Source of the DNA: Epiperipatus broadwayi
Lineage: Eukaryota > Animalia > Onychophora
DNA length: 64,000 nucleotides
NCBI GenBank assembly: GCA_028023455.1
Contig: JAQFVV010000005.1
Coordinates: 12,772,001-12,836,000, forward strand
Direction of reading: 5' to 3'
Shown in pieces: positions 25,261 through 42,150 of this stretch (its first letter is position 1; the number at the start of each line of letters is the position of its first letter). A program made the translations under genes and the position numbers. The notes below the pieces were generated by a model. The model saw only the letters and a list, made by a program, of their open reading frames with translations, was not told the origin of the DNA and did no database searches.

Positions 25261-26454
25261 GGTATATGAGTCTAATACTTTCAATGTCCAGCATCCTGTT
25301 TTAGCACACTAAGATTGATAGATAGTAAATAGTTGAAACAAAAGGAAATAATGAAGAATTTATATCACATATTTCAGAATAACTATACAACAATAATATA
25401 CAATACTTAGTATTTACATAACTTGTCTTGCTTTATCGCACTACCCAAATAAATATGTCATAGTCACAAGGCATAAAAATGGAAATGTTTATAACACTAG
25501 TTTCCATTAGACTAAATATAAAAGCAGTTGATGGGAGATAAGGTTGAGATGTAGCTTGATATTATGTGCATTAGTAAGATATAAATTCCAAGAAATAATA
25601 ATCAGTGGATTTGTTATTGTCCTATAAATAGGATATTGGGTACTGATAAGTTGTAAAAAAGTCAGTTGTGAATTAAAAGTACTGAATTTTATCCTATTAA
25701 GTTCATCTATTGGGGTGTAATAAGTTAGAGGACACTTCACAAATTGATATATGAGTGCCAAATTTTTTGTACCAATATATTTTTCAACATCATTTTTATG
25801 TAAAACGTTAATGGGTGCTAACATTCATTTATTAGGCATATTATTTTAACTCAGATATATATTTTAAGTTCTGTTTAAAATTAATATATCCAAGTTTTTT
25901 CACTAATCTCAACCATATGGTATCATTAATCTATCTTTCTGTTTTTCTATGGTCAAACCAGTGGAGGTAATGACCTATAAAAGAGTTTTTATATATGAGA
26001 TACAAGAAGCTGCTTAAAATAATTACTTACCTGGAATAAATCTGTTGCCATCCTATGTCTTAATACATGAATTGTCTGTAATATCAATATTTCAATGCAA
26101 ACATATGGGAGGTCCATATTCTACAAGGAGATTTTGTTCAGTTTAACAGAAAAAAACTATTAAGGAGACATTAAGTACCGCTATCACTAGGTTTGTGAAT
26201 ATAAAAGAAAAATAAATGCTATAGAACATCTGAACAGTTCTGAAGACAAATGACATTGGATAAAGCAAATTCCATTGTTTTAAAAGTAAAGAGTGTTTTA
26301 TATGCTCATATGTGACATTAAAGAAGTAGCACTGTGGTAAAATTATTATTTTAATTCCCAGAAAACAGATCTAATAATCAAGTAAGGAAGTAGTTTCAGT
26401 TATTTTGTAAGCTACAAACTTTCAATTTATATATGTGTAATAGTCATGAGAAAC

Positions 26455-27874
<1,420 letters not shown>

Positions 27875-28958
27875 GATTGATTAGTAAGTTGCACACGATT
27901 GGTTTTAGTTGTGAACTTTTGCAATGGTTCATATCTTTTGTCTCAAATAGACCTAATTTTGTATCTTTTGGGTCTGCAAAATCATACACATATTTTAGTA
28001 ATGCTGGAGTGCCTTAAGGAAGCATACTTGGACCATTGCTTTTTTCAGTTTATTCTTTGGATATAGAGCAGTGTGTAAGTGGTTCTGACATTCTCTGCTT
28101 TGCAGATGATATTAAACTGTATAAAACTATTAAGAATTTTGATGATCAGAAGATTTTGCAGTCTGATATCAAAAAATTTCAGGATTGGTGTGTGGGAAAC
28201 TATATGGAAATTAACATTGGAAAAAGTTGTGTCATATCGTTTTCTAAAAAATCATCTACAAGTCTGTTTAATTATACACTAAACTCAAAAAGTATTTTAA
28301 GAAAAGAAGATCATAAAGATTTAGGTATTATTTTTAATAATAATGGAACATTTAATAATAATATTCAAAATATTATTACAAAAAGTTATAAAATAATGGG
28401 TTTAATTCTCAGAAACTGTCAAATGTTTAAGAGAAATACATGTGTGTATTTGTTTCATACATTGGTCTTACCTATTTTAAATTATGGATCTTTGATCTGG
28501 AACTCATCTAAATTAAATAATAGATTAGCACTGGAAAAGGTTTATAAAAAAATTTTCAGATACATTAAATCAGAAATAATATGTGACAACAATGCACTCT
28601 ACAAAAGATGAATCTATACTGATATGAAGTATTTAAAAAAATTACATCAGGTATAATAGATGTGAGAAGTTGCCAGACAACATTATCATTTAAGGTGAAG
28701 ATAAAGGATACAAGATCAAAAAATTTGTATAATATTCCAAAATTTAAAAGTGAAACATTAAAAAATTCAGCATTAGTAAGATTACCTAGATTGTACAATA
28801 AGTACTTTAATACTGTTAATATATTTGAAACAGATGATAGAACATTTAGGACTACTGTGCAAAAAACTCTGCAAATGATTTGTGAACTAGATTAGCTGTG
28901 CATTTTTGTTTGGATGTAAAATCTGTTAAATGTACTAAATTAAATTAAATTAAATTAA

Positions 28959-28960
<2 letters not shown>
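27875..28960 (+). mobile_element. 5'-truncated CR1/Jockey-group LINE (RT C-terminal half) with (TAAAT)n tail
   Basis: RLISKLHTIGFSCELLQWFISFVSNR...AGVP*GSILGPLLF...FADDIKLY...LQSDI...DLGIIF; a few in-frame stops; tail 28936-28960. Confidence 0.9.

Positions 28961-29056
<96 letters not shown>
28961..29056. repeat. (TTA)n microsatellite after the LINE tail
   Basis: Directly visible. Confidence 0.95.
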
Positions 29057-30567
29057 GTTTCAAAGAAAAGAACTTTATTGATAACCATAGAGTTACATTT
29101 GCTATAAGACACTTCGTATACATATATTTACATTGCTAGTGAGTAAACCAAGTTTAAGTTGGTATCTGTGATGTACAAAAAAGGAACTTAACTTAGGAGG
29201 GAAAGATATTTAAACATTGTTAGGGGGGCGTGAAAATACATATGTATACGTTACATTTATGAGTGCTGCTTGCTGTAATCATAGTTCTCCAAAGTCTTGG
29301 GTTATCATTGTTCAATTTGCAAAACTTCAACTTTGATGTATATTGCCATGCTGGGTTTAGTTTGCTTTCCAGTATTTGAGGTCTGATTTTGTTGTTACTG
29401 TCCTTTTTATTAATATTATGCAATCAAAGACAACATTCTGTTTTTTTATTTGTAGATAATTGCCACATTTTTTTTTATTATTATTATTATAAAATACTTG
29501 TTAATGATTTATTGTAAAGTAGCAAAACATTTGCACATATGTGTGTGGGTATGGTTGTCAATTATTGTCATATTTTTTTTATATATGTTTAGTGTTTTTG
29601 TTTATTAAATGATTAATAAGTAACTATAGAAATTTATTTATTATGTGACATTTTCATCTTGTCAGACAGTTCATTTCTAACTTAAAAGAAAATAACTTTC
29701 TTAGCTGAATATATAGAGGGAATGTAATTGGGTTATTTTGAATTACTGCTCATATATTGCATTCTCTCCTGTTGGAGAGTGGTGCCTTCATCCATAGCAG
29801 ACCTGTATAATTATTTCTTGATCACAAATGTATAAATTAATTTTTTTTATATATATGAATAGTGAATTCAAGAGCTTTTTATGAATTAAACTTCGATTTT
29901 ATGATTAGCTCTAAATTCCTAATACAATATGTAATATTTATCACTAACAAAGAAAGATATCACTCAGAACCACACAGCCATGTTATATCATGACAGCAAT
30001 ACATACAATCGTTATCACCAATAAGAAAGATGGCATTGCTTACAATAAACCCATAATTTAACATGACAATAATAAGTTCCTTTCTGATTAGAGATGTGCC
30101 ATTCACTTATAAGTACCAAGACCATGCCCTATTATGACATTTATATACACAATCTTTCCCTTTGAGACAGGATATGTCTACATACAAGCATAGGTCCATG
30201 ATTTATAATGTTAGTAATATGTGTAATATCCATCACTGGCGATGAAGTGTTGTGTACCTATAGGATGAATTCAAGGATTATCTTTATCTCTAAATTTGTC
30301 ATCATTGTGAATAAACTGCAGAGTTTGCTTTCATTAGAATAAAATATATTGTCATTAAATAGCAAGTTTCTTTTTTATATGTACATTATGCTAGAAAGAT
30401 GGAATAAAAAACAAAGAGAATTTCTTAGAATTTTTTACAGCAAAGAAATATCAATGTATTTGATAAATTGATATCTATTTATACAGCTTATTTTACCATT
30501 AATTTATATATTTATTAAACAGAAATTTATATTTCATTTTAAATAGTTATTAAAATGATTAACTTAC

Positions 30568-30678
30568 TGCATTCAACCAATGGATCTCCTGTTGTTCCTG
30601 ATGTGCAAGCACAATGATTTTGCTCACAAACTGCATTTTTACCACAAACTATGTTTTCACAAATGGCAACTGATTTTT
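30568..30678 (-). CDS. EGF-like exon
   Basis: Acceptor aatgtttag, donor gtaagtt, 111 nt; EKSVAICENIVCGKNAVCEQNHCACTSGTTGDPLVEC (inside ORF 30539..30745). Confidence 0.88.
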
Positions 30679-31039
30679 CTAAACATTTTGCATATAAATA
30701 AGTATTAATAATTTCACAAGCAATTAATGCTGTATTTAAAAACACTTAAAAATAATATTAATAAATCCTTTTTAAATTGCATTATTATTCCGAAAGATTT
30801 ACCAAATAGATAAAATATTTTTATTCCATCTAAAAGATATCATAAAAAGCTCTAGAAAGATAAGCAATAAAAATATCAATGAAAAAACTGATTATTAAAA
30901 AAATTAAAAAATTATGAATAGGTTAGAATTGGAGGAGACTGTAGCAAAAAGATTAGGATAGTTTGTAGTGAAATAATATAACATTAACAATATGTGGCAT
31001 TTTATTAGCTTATTGATATGCATTTAAAAGCAATTATTT

Positions 31040-32500
31040 TTATCCTGTTCTGAAGCTATCTACTATAATCTTGAGTAATAACAACAATGATATCATTATC
31101 ATCTGCCTGATCTGTTGATCCAGTGAGTGGGTGTCTATGTAGATGAACTGCTTCCAGAGTATTCTTTTCTTTGCTTTCCTGTATGCTTCCAATATTGTCG
31201 ATCCCAACCATTCTACAATGTTATCTATCCATGACAATCTTGGTCATCCCCCTTTTTCTTGATCCATTTATCATACTTTATGATATTTCTTTCAAGAGTG
31301 TTAATCTGCTTTGCTATATATCTAAAATATTGTAATTTTCATTGTTTTACCATCTCTACCTGTTGTCTTTTATAGCTATCTTCTTCAAAACCTATTATTT
31401 AATTTTCTTAACTGTCCCAAGATATTCCAAACATTCTTTTATAATATATCATTTCAGAACTATCAACTTTTGTTCTCTTTTGCTTTTTTTAATGTCCATG
31501 TCTCACATCCAAATCTTAAAATAGACATTATCAAAGTTTTCAATAATCTAAACTGACCATATACCCATATCTCTGTTTTTTTATGTAGATATTAATTTTG
31601 TAAATACATTCAATACCACCAATAATCATGCATTTATCTCTGTATGATATTATCCATTTTGTTTTATTCTGAAATTCAAATAGACAAATTTCAAAATTTG
31701 TCCCAGCCAGTCTTCATCAACTTTATATCTCTTATTCCACCAGCTGATCATATTATCTTCTATTTTTAACTGTTTTCTCTTCTGATCCAATTAAAACTAA
31801 ATTATCTGCATATCATAAATTGAATACTTATTTTCATTCATTATCAAATTCACACAGAAAAACAACTGAAGTTTCTATCATTGCCAACTTTGTTACAATA
31901 TACAATAAGTAAAGTGACAACATGCAGCCCTGACTCATCCCTTTATCCACTTTTAATCAAACTAAATTTGTCTGTGCTACTCTCACTCTGGCTTTTTGTC
32001 ACCCGTATAAGAAAAATAACAGCTGTACTAAATATGGAGGATATTCCCATATTTAACATTACGTTCCAGAATTAATCATGACATACAGAATTAAAAGCTT
32101 TCTGGTAATCTATAAAATAGTGAGACAGTAGCTTCATTCAGAATAATATTCAAGTTGGTTACTTGATCTCTTGTTCAATGATGTAGTCTAAAAGCTCTTG
32201 TTCTTGCTGCAATTCAATCTATACTCCATTTGTCCATAATGTCTAGATCAATTTATGTAATCCATCTACAATTGCATCTACTTTCTTAAATAATTCTGCC
32301 AGTACTTTATATCTGTTCTGATAATCTTTCAATGACAATTAATTATTATTTCAAGGCAGTGGTTCACATTCTGCAACTGGGATATCAAATACTATTGTGT
32401 TATCTTTATACATATCCATCTCTTCACAAAACGCTCTCCATTAACAAATCACTATTTCTGAATCTGTCAGCAGTCTATAATCTTAGCTTTTATTATAATC
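31040..32500 (-). mobile_element. Degenerate RTE-clade LINE fragments
   Basis: GSRKRG*PRLSWIDNIVEW near 31200-31270; NL*YADN near 31800-31820. Confidence 0.6.
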
Positions 32501-35500
32501 AATCTTAATATAAACTTTTCTGTAAGTTTCTTCATAATATGAAAGGTTTGTTTACTACAACTACACTTAATTTCTTTTTAAGTTCAATACATAAGTTGTT
32601 TACATAATTTTAGTATAATGCTGTGGAAATCCCATTTCCATATCGACTGGTTTCTGGTTTTTACTTTTATCAATGAAAAGTAAAATTCAAAGCTAAAACT
32701 TGTATATTATACATCTATTAGCTACCTTTACTTCCATTGTATTGTACCGGTCAACACCCCACTACCCTGTGGATTCTTTCCATGTGCACAGGACCGAACA
32801 TGAAATATCTGTCGCACATCAGAGTATGGCATCACTAACAATTCAATTATACCTTCTGTATTTCATATCCTAAAGTTACCTTATTGGATTGTTAAATGAG
32901 AGAGAGATCAAACCTAAGCTGTTTATATTTTCTGATTTTTCTCTTGTTAAAACTCTATTGTCATGCTGATGGATATCAAAGCATTGGCCGCTGCATATCT
33001 TTGAAAGGCCGAATTGGAACCTGGCCTTTATGCACCACTCCTGGAAAGAGAAAAACCCCTCCCAAAAGGATATACAGCTACCAATGAAACATGTAAAATA
33101 AATGAATAAAGATAGATATCCACATGACATCAAATTTTTAACCCCCATTAAAGCAGTATCCCATGGGCTAAGCTCAGTCAGCTCTTAATCAGATTATTAT
33201 TGGTGGATTAAGTTGCTCTCAGAAATATATATATCTTTATATTATTGGAGAGAGAAAAATAAATGAGACCCTCACACAAAGAAATAATTTATAAAATAAA
33301 AAAGCAAATATTTACTTATCCCAAATCACCCATCACCAAAACATATGTAAGGAAAAATATATTCTCTAAACTCCCTTCCCCACAAGATTAATATTAAAAT
33401 TTATGCAATTTAACTATGGAACTCCCTTCTCTAATTCAAATAATTATCTTTGAATGAAGTGATCTGAGTTTCTAGCCACACCCACATATATCAAGCATTA
33501 CAGTATTATATAGTATCAAGAAAATATGCATGTCTATTTGCATATCTTTTCCACTATTTGCAGAGGCAAAGTAAAACTATAATTTCAATCCATTTCATAT
33601 TTCTTTGAGCTATATGCATATGTGTGTTCTAAGCATTAATAGAATAAAAAACAACAACATGCACATATACATATATTAAATTTAATGTGGAAGGATATCT
33701 AACATGAAACAATCCCGCGTTTTAGCGGATAACCCAAAAAACATACATTTATTAATAAGATTCATTTTACTAATCATGAAAACGTTCAAATAATATTTAA
33801 AGAAAAATAGTAAACAAATAAAATTTATATCCTCCAGCATCTTCAGACTTCATCTGGACTTCAGGGTTTCTGGATGCACTATACATCTGGTCAACAGGGC
33901 AGTGAGGACTTCACTTTAACAAGATATAGGCCTAGCGATCATCATCATTATCATCAGATGGAACTCTGTGGCTACATGGTAATGGCTTGCATGGGCCTGG
34001 GAGGGTGCATTGAAGAGGGCTTCTACTCCATAATCATTTCACTGACTAATATAGATATTTTCAGTATCGAGGTTTTTACTCAATATTTTCTTTACTATGG
34101 CAGTGTCAATAAAACTGCAACTTATTCTTTTAACTTGTAGGGACTTTTATTGGAAGCCAATCCTGACTCTGTTCCTTTTCTTATTAATTTCTCTAGTACT
34201 GGATGATCAATGTCTCCTTCTTAAATGCGGCCTTAATACATGGCCTCAGCAGTTTATAATTGGTAATCATCAGTCAAATGACGAGCTCAGTATGGCCCCA
34301 CAATACTTCTGCAACCATGAATTCTCTCCACAATGACCACAGCAACAACCATAAAAGTAATACATATAATTAAATGAGTAATACAAATAAGAATAATAAT
34401 AATCAGAATCAGCATAAGGAACAGCATAAGAATAACTTCAGCACTTGGTGAACAGCTTATATAGCACAGATAGAAACAACTTCCAAAATAAAATTGCAAA
34501 TGTGAAATATTTGCGATTATTAAAAATAAAACAAAAATATTACATGCATTTATAGCTTTTAATATTTACTTTATTCTTGTTTGCGGGTAAAAATATATAC
34601 ACAGTCCATCATCATTCATTTCATAGTATGTTTATATAGTCCATACCTAATTGATTATTGCTATAATGAAGATAAACATATTCTAAGCTAACACATCCTA
34701 ATATTTTACTATATACATGAGATGTAGCTTTAACTACAACCACCTTGTGGGTGGTCACTCCAAGAATTAAAAAAAACCCGAATGTTTCAAACCCATGGTA
34801 ATTAATACTTGTATATGTATATAGATCTGATACCAGATCAGTTTCTCTGATCATTTCTATCTTGTGGCTAGGGAAACCAACATCACAACATGATTTTTCA
34901 TTAGCTTATTCATATTCTTCTGAGAGTAGTCATCTTCACCAACTCTACAGCCATCTATTGTAATCAAGAGACACTCAGAAGTAATCAATCTCCATATTGA
35001 TCAGTTTCTGGATTTGCATAAGTGCACTAATCTCAGGTTTAAATTTTAGTTTTCATCCTATGACCTCTCATATATTTACGCATATATTCAAGAACAGTCA
35101 TATTCACTCAACTTTAGAATTGGAAACTTGATGGTATAATGCTATTAAATCTCACCTCTAGACTGGTCAGTTTTTGGATTTTTGCATTTGTTGATTAGTT
35201 TCAGCCTTGAATCCTAGACTTCAATGATGAAAACAAAAACCAGCTGATAGGTAGTTGGGGATTTTATAGCACTAAACTAGTTGTCCATTGATTATAATAG
35301 AAGACTCTAGGGTAGGATATATAACAGCTTTTGAAAACATTGAGCAAGAGTATGAGAGGTCATGTGATATTGTTGGATAATATTAACCTGTGGTTGTTAC
35401 AGTTTATGGTCTGTAAAAATATATAGTAACTTACCTGGTGTCAATTTTTTATAGCAACATAAGATAGTTAGAGAGGAATTTGAAACTTGAGTTTTTTTTA

Positions 35501-35811
35501 AATTTCAGATTATTATATTAGCTTGAATAATATAAAAGAGTAAAAATATGGCATAAGTGCATTAATTCCAGTTTTAAATTTTAAACTTCAGTGATGAAAG
35601 CAAAAACTGGGAACAAGCCTGTCTGAGAATGAGGTTTTTATTTCACTATGCATTCCATCTAACATCTACTTATTACTCAAGTTTACAGAGTAGGGTCATA
35701 GGATAGAGTAAAAAAATGTCTGCTCTTGAAATAATATTAATAATAATTAAAATTAATTTAATTGTAAATCTAATAAAAAAGAGCAAAATAAAATTATCTT
35801 TTAAAACTTAC

Positions 35812-35934
35812 CACACAGTGTGTTTGGTGGTATAATGTTCCCGTCACTACAAATACATGACACTTTATTATCTCTGACTAGACATTCTGCAGAACTGTCA
35901 CAAGGGTTTTTGTAATTTTCACAAACAGTAAGCT
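35812..35934 (-). CDS. EGF-like exon
   Basis: Acceptor ctgtttattgtag, donor gtaagtt, 123 nt; ELTVCENYKNPCDSSAECLVRDNKVSCICSDGNIIPPNTLC. Confidence 0.88.
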
Positions 35935-36599
35935 CTACAATAAACAGAAACACTAAGTATAATTCTGGATACTAAATGTAAAATTTATTATAAGCTTTTT
36001 TTTTTAAAGTAGATCTTCTAAGCAGAATAGGATCAAATTCGTATACTGTCCTAAGTAAATTTTTCTATTGCCATATCTTGTCACATCCAGATTAATTATT
36101 AAATAATAATAATACATTTTCAGTTCATATCCAATACATTTAAAGACAGCTATTTGGAACTTAGGCTGCAGAAAAGTTTGCTGTTATCTGAAAAAAGACC
36201 CCTTTGAATCTTCCTGGAACTTCTAGGTATTGAGAAGGGCAATTTGTAATATCCACTCTATACATTCTTATCTGCAGCTGTCACAAACATGGATGTATGG
36301 CTCATTGACATGCATCAGCCAATGTTATGAGTTAATTGACTTTTATCTTTAAGGTAAAGAAACACTACAGTCTTTCTTTTCAATTGCCTGATTGTTTTCA
36401 AGTGAAATATTCGTTGCATTTCCTTGAAGGCAGGATGAATGTGTGTGAATGATTTAAAAAGTAGATATTTACAATAATGAAAGGCAAAACTAAATTATGG
36501 CCTTTACTCCTAAGAGACTGAAAAATCGCCAGCCAAGGTAGCATTAAGAATTCCTGATTGCAGACTTGGGTAGGCATTTGATGATGCCCTTTATTTAGG

Positions 36600-37260
36600 T
36601 AGCTACAACTGCAAATCATTTTCAAATGGAGGAAGATTGTATAAATTGGATGACCTGTCTCATATTAAATGGGAGATTAATGGAGTTTATAAAGATGGAA
36701 AAAAAGATGAAGAGTGAATTGATTTAAAAAGTAGGATTGCTACAAAGATATAAATATTGGGAAAATTAATGGAGTGAAATTCATTATAAATAAAAAGTGG
36801 AAGAACATTATGGAGAGCAATGCTATATATATATATTACAATGGCAAGATTACTTATTCAAATTAATGGAAGATTTCAAATGCAAATAATTAAGATGTAT
36901 GTTCTAAAAAGTTCTCATTATAATGAAGAAGTAGAGAATTTAAATTTTTTTTTATTATGGTTGAACAAAATTTTTGATCAAATAACATTTCAAAATTATC
37001 ATAGAAGATTTTAATGCTAAAATTGGTAAACAATTGAAAGATGAAAATGCTGTGGGTAAATGTGGTTAAGATGATAAAAATAATATAGGACACAAATTTA
37101 TGGAATTTTCAGGAGAAAAATTTGTGCATTATGAATTCTTCCATTGAGAAAAATACAAAATGAAAAATGTTATGGAAATATCCAAATGAAGGTACAGCAG
37201 AATTGAATATTTTGACTAACAGAAAATATGTATTTCAAAATATTCATAATAGATTGAACA
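36600..37260 (+). mobile_element. RTE AP-endonuclease remnant
   Basis: ORF 36820..37014 MARLLIQING..MQIIKMY...HYNEEVE; followed by a DFNAKIG motif near 37005. Confidence 0.7.
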
Positions 37261-39299
37261 AAAGAATTTTTTTTCTTTTTCTATTTTTTGCTATAGCACA
37301 GCTAAAATTTTATTCAAGGATGCTTTAAGATTTTGGAAATATGATAGCAAGATCCTAAAAAAATCATTCCAATGAGCTGCTTTGCTTTACAATCAAATCC
37401 AAAAAATTCAGTAATCTGAAAATATCTGGATCTTGGGGTTTTAGAATAATGGTATCTCATCTACATTGCATTGAATATAAATCTATTCTTTTTCTATTTT
37501 ACCCTTAGCACTGTAAAAATTTTACTTAAAAAATGCTTCAAGATTCTAGAAATATGATGGCAAGATCGTAAAAATATCCTTCAGCTTTCTGGTTGTTGCT
37601 GCCAATTCTACTCTCCTATTTTTGGAGAATTGGAATTGGGTATGAGAAAGTATTTTACATCAAATATTATTTTACTGAAGAGGCATAAGAAGATGCAATA
37701 TTGACCAACAAAAGCAGATTGAGTAGTGATTACAAAATAATAATGAATTTAAATCCACCATTTCCAAAGTTATTGCATTTTGCCTACATTAATAAGGATT
37801 GAGATTCAAAGCTGGCAGTAATGCAATATTGGGTGCCAATTTTACATATGTTTTTTCTTATTGGCAGAGACTACCATCTACTCACAAAGTTAATAAACAA
37901 TGCTAACTAATTATTTCATTTTTTGAAATAAAAATAAGACCAGTTTCATTAAATTAATATATGTTTGGAAATAGAACAATAACATGGAACTAATATAATA
38001 TTTATGAATCTTTAGTGAACTAATAAAGTTATAAAGTACTCATTTCTCTTATAGTTAACTGTATAATATTTAATTAATTCAGTGAATGCTAGATGGCAGT
38101 AATCAAACTTAGATTAGTTTCATTCAACTTAACATTACTTTAATGTCTGCATAACTGGCTTTGAATAAAGAGAATGTTACGACTGGATAATTCAGAGAAG
38201 TAAGGAAATAAAGTAATATAATATCTAATTTATTATTACTTTGCAAAAAAAAAAGATGAGTGAATGCATTAAAATTTATCAATACTGAAAAAGTCTTAAA
38301 ATTTATATGACTATTATATAAGCAAGTTATCATGTATACAATATGTTAGGGTCTTGGACACTTTTAAATTGTTAGCGTGAATATTACACTAGAAGCATGT
38401 ATGAATACATTACACACCAAATATCTAAACAAGGATTAATGACAAACTCCAATTATGAAGTTTGTTGATATTATCTTTTATTATTCATAATTGACTATAA
38501 TGAATATTCAGTTCATCTTTATATTCACATAGAAGCTACACCACAAATGCAACTGTCCTGCATTAACACGTCAATATAAATCAACATAAACAGTGCATGA
38601 TAAGTTGCTGAAGCTTAAAATGATTCAATAAAGGCTATTCACACATAAAGATAACTAAAGATTTTTAATTAAAGAGTATTAAGTCAAAAGATCTTAACAA
38701 ATGCTAGGATGGTTTTTACCAACAAAATATCACACAACTATTCCTGCTTACATGAAATATATGCTCCCAGAAGCAGTTCTCTTCATCCTACTTATATCTA
38801 CATATAGGTGCAAGTTAATTAACCTGGGTTTGAAACTTTTTTTTTAAAAAAAAGTCTGGTTATTAGCTTGAATATAAAGAACATAAAGTTGGCTAATAGA
38901 TATATAATCAAAATTCATATTCACATCCCCAGATAATTTTCAAATCTATGGTTTTTAGTAGTATTTGTTATTAAAGTCATAACTAATCCATTTACATATC
39001 TTGCAATCATTTTTAAGTTCATTATACTATCAAGATAAACATTCAAAAAGATTGTTTGTATATTTATATAGACTTGATATTAAGCCAGTAAGTTTGTCAT
39101 TTTGTGACTTCAGTTTTATGAAAATTGTATGTTCCTTTTACAAATTTGTACACACAAAAACATCACAACTTTCTCTGCTTACAGTTAGTATGTGTTTTCA
39201 TCAGCACTTCTTTGTACTCTAACTTCAGAAACACCATAAGTTAGTATTCAATAGACAATAAATGGTAGTGGTTTTATGTATTATCCTCCAGTAAAGGTA

Positions 39300-42150
39300 A
39301 TTAAATCTGGAGCTAATTCACTTCATTATCATCATTTTAAAATGGTATAAATCCACTATAGAAGATCTCTCCAAGAATTTCTTTATTCTCTAACCTTTCC
39401 TCTTCATATCATATGAGCAAATTTTCTAATTTCATCAATCTCCCATTGTTTTTTTCTGGGTCTTTTGAAATGTCTTGGGATCCCATATGAAAATTCAGCT
39501 GTTCATTTTATTATCATCTCTAGTAATATGTTCTTACTAGTTCCATTTCAGTTTCTTAATTCTTTCAATAATGTCAGTTTAATATCAGTTTGTTCTCTCA
39601 TCTGTGTATTTCATTTTCAGTCTTTTCTTTTTGCTCTTAACACACATCTCGCCATACTTTATTGAGTAGCCTGAAGTCTCTGTACTGCTTTTTATTAAAT
39701 GCCAAATCTCAGATCCATAAATAATAACTGATAAAATACATCAACTAAAAACTTCCTTTTCAAAGACATAGGCATAAATATTTTTTTTTACTAGCAAGTC
39801 ATTTCTATCAGAAAAACTCTATTCAAATTTAATTCCATTATAAATTAATTTAATTCATTACATTTCCATATGTATTAATAATATGACCAGGATATTTGTA
39901 GTTGTCAACTTCTAGAAATTCGTCATTGTAAATATTTTTTTGCTCCTTCTGATAAAACCCATTTGAACATTACTTTAATCTTTTTAGCATTTATCCTTAC
40001 TCATATTTCTTCATCTGGTAATTCTGGTAACATTACAGATATTATAATTAACTAATCTCTTTGGAAATATTAATTTTCTTTTTATTTATTATACAATTAT
40101 TTGCAAAAAATCTAGATGAGTTAATTAATTTCCATTTATTTTTATTCTCTTAGCTCCCCATTTTAATCCACAAAATACTTCCTGCAAAGCTGCTGTAAAA
40201 AGTTTTGGAAATATGGAATTATCCTATTATAATCTTTCTCACTGTTAATCTTCTTATTATCATTATGTAATATAAACACTGCTGTTGCATTTTGATAAAT
40301 ATTCTTCAGAATAATTACAATATTTTGGGTTTATATCTTGACAATCCAATGCTTTAATCACTGTAGAAATGCTTGTAGAATCAAATCACTTTTAATCCAA
40401 AGTGTAAAACCACTAAACATCACATGATCACAAAGTGATCCAAAGTGTAATGGACTCAGTAGTTTTTTTTCTGTAATGTCTTTCAATACTTCCTGGTGAT
40501 CCAAAGTGCTAAAAATATTTAAAAATCCAGTTTGTCTTGAATTCAAAGGTTGTAGTAGACAAGTTGTAATTATCTTGATAAAGATTTTATATATAATTTT
40601 ACATCTAGATATAACTTCCTTTAGTCACATAATGGTATGATTATGATACTACTCGGTATTAAAAAACACTCAGCTCTAAATAAGTTTTCTTTATTACAAA
40701 TTCAAATCTGTTATGTTGTTAAAAATGTTTTAACATTTTTTGAACCATATAACTGATTAGATGATTGTTTATAAACAAAGCAAAGCAAAAACTCCATATA
40801 GTTACTCTGTTTGGCACAGGTAGCACTACTATATGGAGTTTTTGCTTTGCTTTGATTAGATGATCTTTACTATTGCATTCTTCCAATTATTTAAAACATC
40901 ATTTTCATTTATGTCAACAATTTTATATACTTTTTAAAATGTATCAATATAACCATCATTTCCTGGAGTTTTTTACTTTTAAAAATAAATTTAATTGCAT
41001 ACTTCACTTATTCATTTAAAATACAGACCAATTCAGGAGATATAATATCTATAGGAAATACTTTGTTTTTTCTTTTAATTATTATTTAATTATCTACAGA
41101 ACTCTTCAACACATTTATGATGTCATCTTTCTTTTTATGTAATAGTTCCACCTTTTCTGCTTAGTGCAAAAACAACTTTCTAATACCAAGATATTCTTTT
41201 GTACTTTATAGGTTTTTATTCTCTTCTAGAACTTTCTTTACCAATTCATAATTATATTTTCGTTATATTGTTAATAACTTTTTTTCGTATCATTTTATAA
41301 AACTCTACATATTCAATTCTGCTTAATGGATCTTTTTTTAAAATGTTAATATTCCTTCTTTTCTTCATACATTCTCTTATCTCAGTAGCAAAACTTATTG
41401 GTAAATTTTTTGTTTTGTATCAGCTATCTCTATTTTTAATAATGTATCAGATTATCTTCAAAGCCTGTTTTAAATAATTTGAAAATTCTACTTCATTGGA
41501 AAATTGGTATATCAACTCTTTCTTACTAATTTTCATCTCTCTAGTTTTGCTTTAACATGTAGCATATATTCTCATTAATCAATGATTATATCATGTGTTG
41601 AATATTTTAAGACTATTTTACAATATATATTTTTTATTAAATTAAAATATAATCTAATGTTACTACAACTTCATTTGGATACTTTCATGTTCATTTAATA
41701 TTTTCTTGAAGAAAGAATTCATGATATACAATTTTTTTTTTTTTTTTTGTGAATTTCTTAAGTCAGTGTCCTCCTCATTTCTGTCATCATAACTGATTGT
41801 ACACACATGGTTTCAACCATTTACTAATTCTAGCATTAAATTCTTCCATGATAATTTAAAAATATTATTTGGTCTAATAAAAAGCACTTTTATATCTACA
41901 TAAAAATCTTTTATATCTTCACCATAATGAAAACTTATTGAAAAATAAATTTGAATTACATACATGTAGTATTTTTCATTAATTTGAATAACCAATCTTG
42001 CCACTCTGTCTCATATATTATCAATCTCTACAAACATTTTTTTGTTTATCTGTTCCATTTGTGCTTCCAATATTTGTGTTTTTGCAGCATAGTTTATGTT
42101 CACTTTTTAAATAACTTGTCTATTCACATTTTCTTCTAAATAGACAATGT
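39300..42150 (-). mobile_element. Long degenerate RTE-clade LINE (endonuclease to C-terminus)
   Basis: ORF 41813..42004 (ARLVIQINEK...HYGEDIKDFY); ~40160-40210 matches the 55510 copy (FTA.LQEVFCGLKW); MPMSLKRK..YGSE-like segment near 39700-39780. Confidence 0.75.
40776..40854. repeat. Perfect 27-bp inverted repeat, 25-bp spacer, resembling the family A pLTR end
   Basis: caaagcaaagcaaaaactccatatagt / actatatggagtttttgctttgctttg; gattagatgat occurs at 40755-40765 and 40854-40864. Confidence 0.8.

Noticed and set aside
26031-26140. Candidate exon ending in a strong donor (ttccag|gtaagt)
   Set aside because: The phase-1 frame has two stops and no EGF cysteine pattern.
35432-35500. Strong minus-strand donor caccag|gtaagt
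   Set aside because: No open cysteine-patterned frame or clear acceptor upstream; lies in repeat-like sequence.
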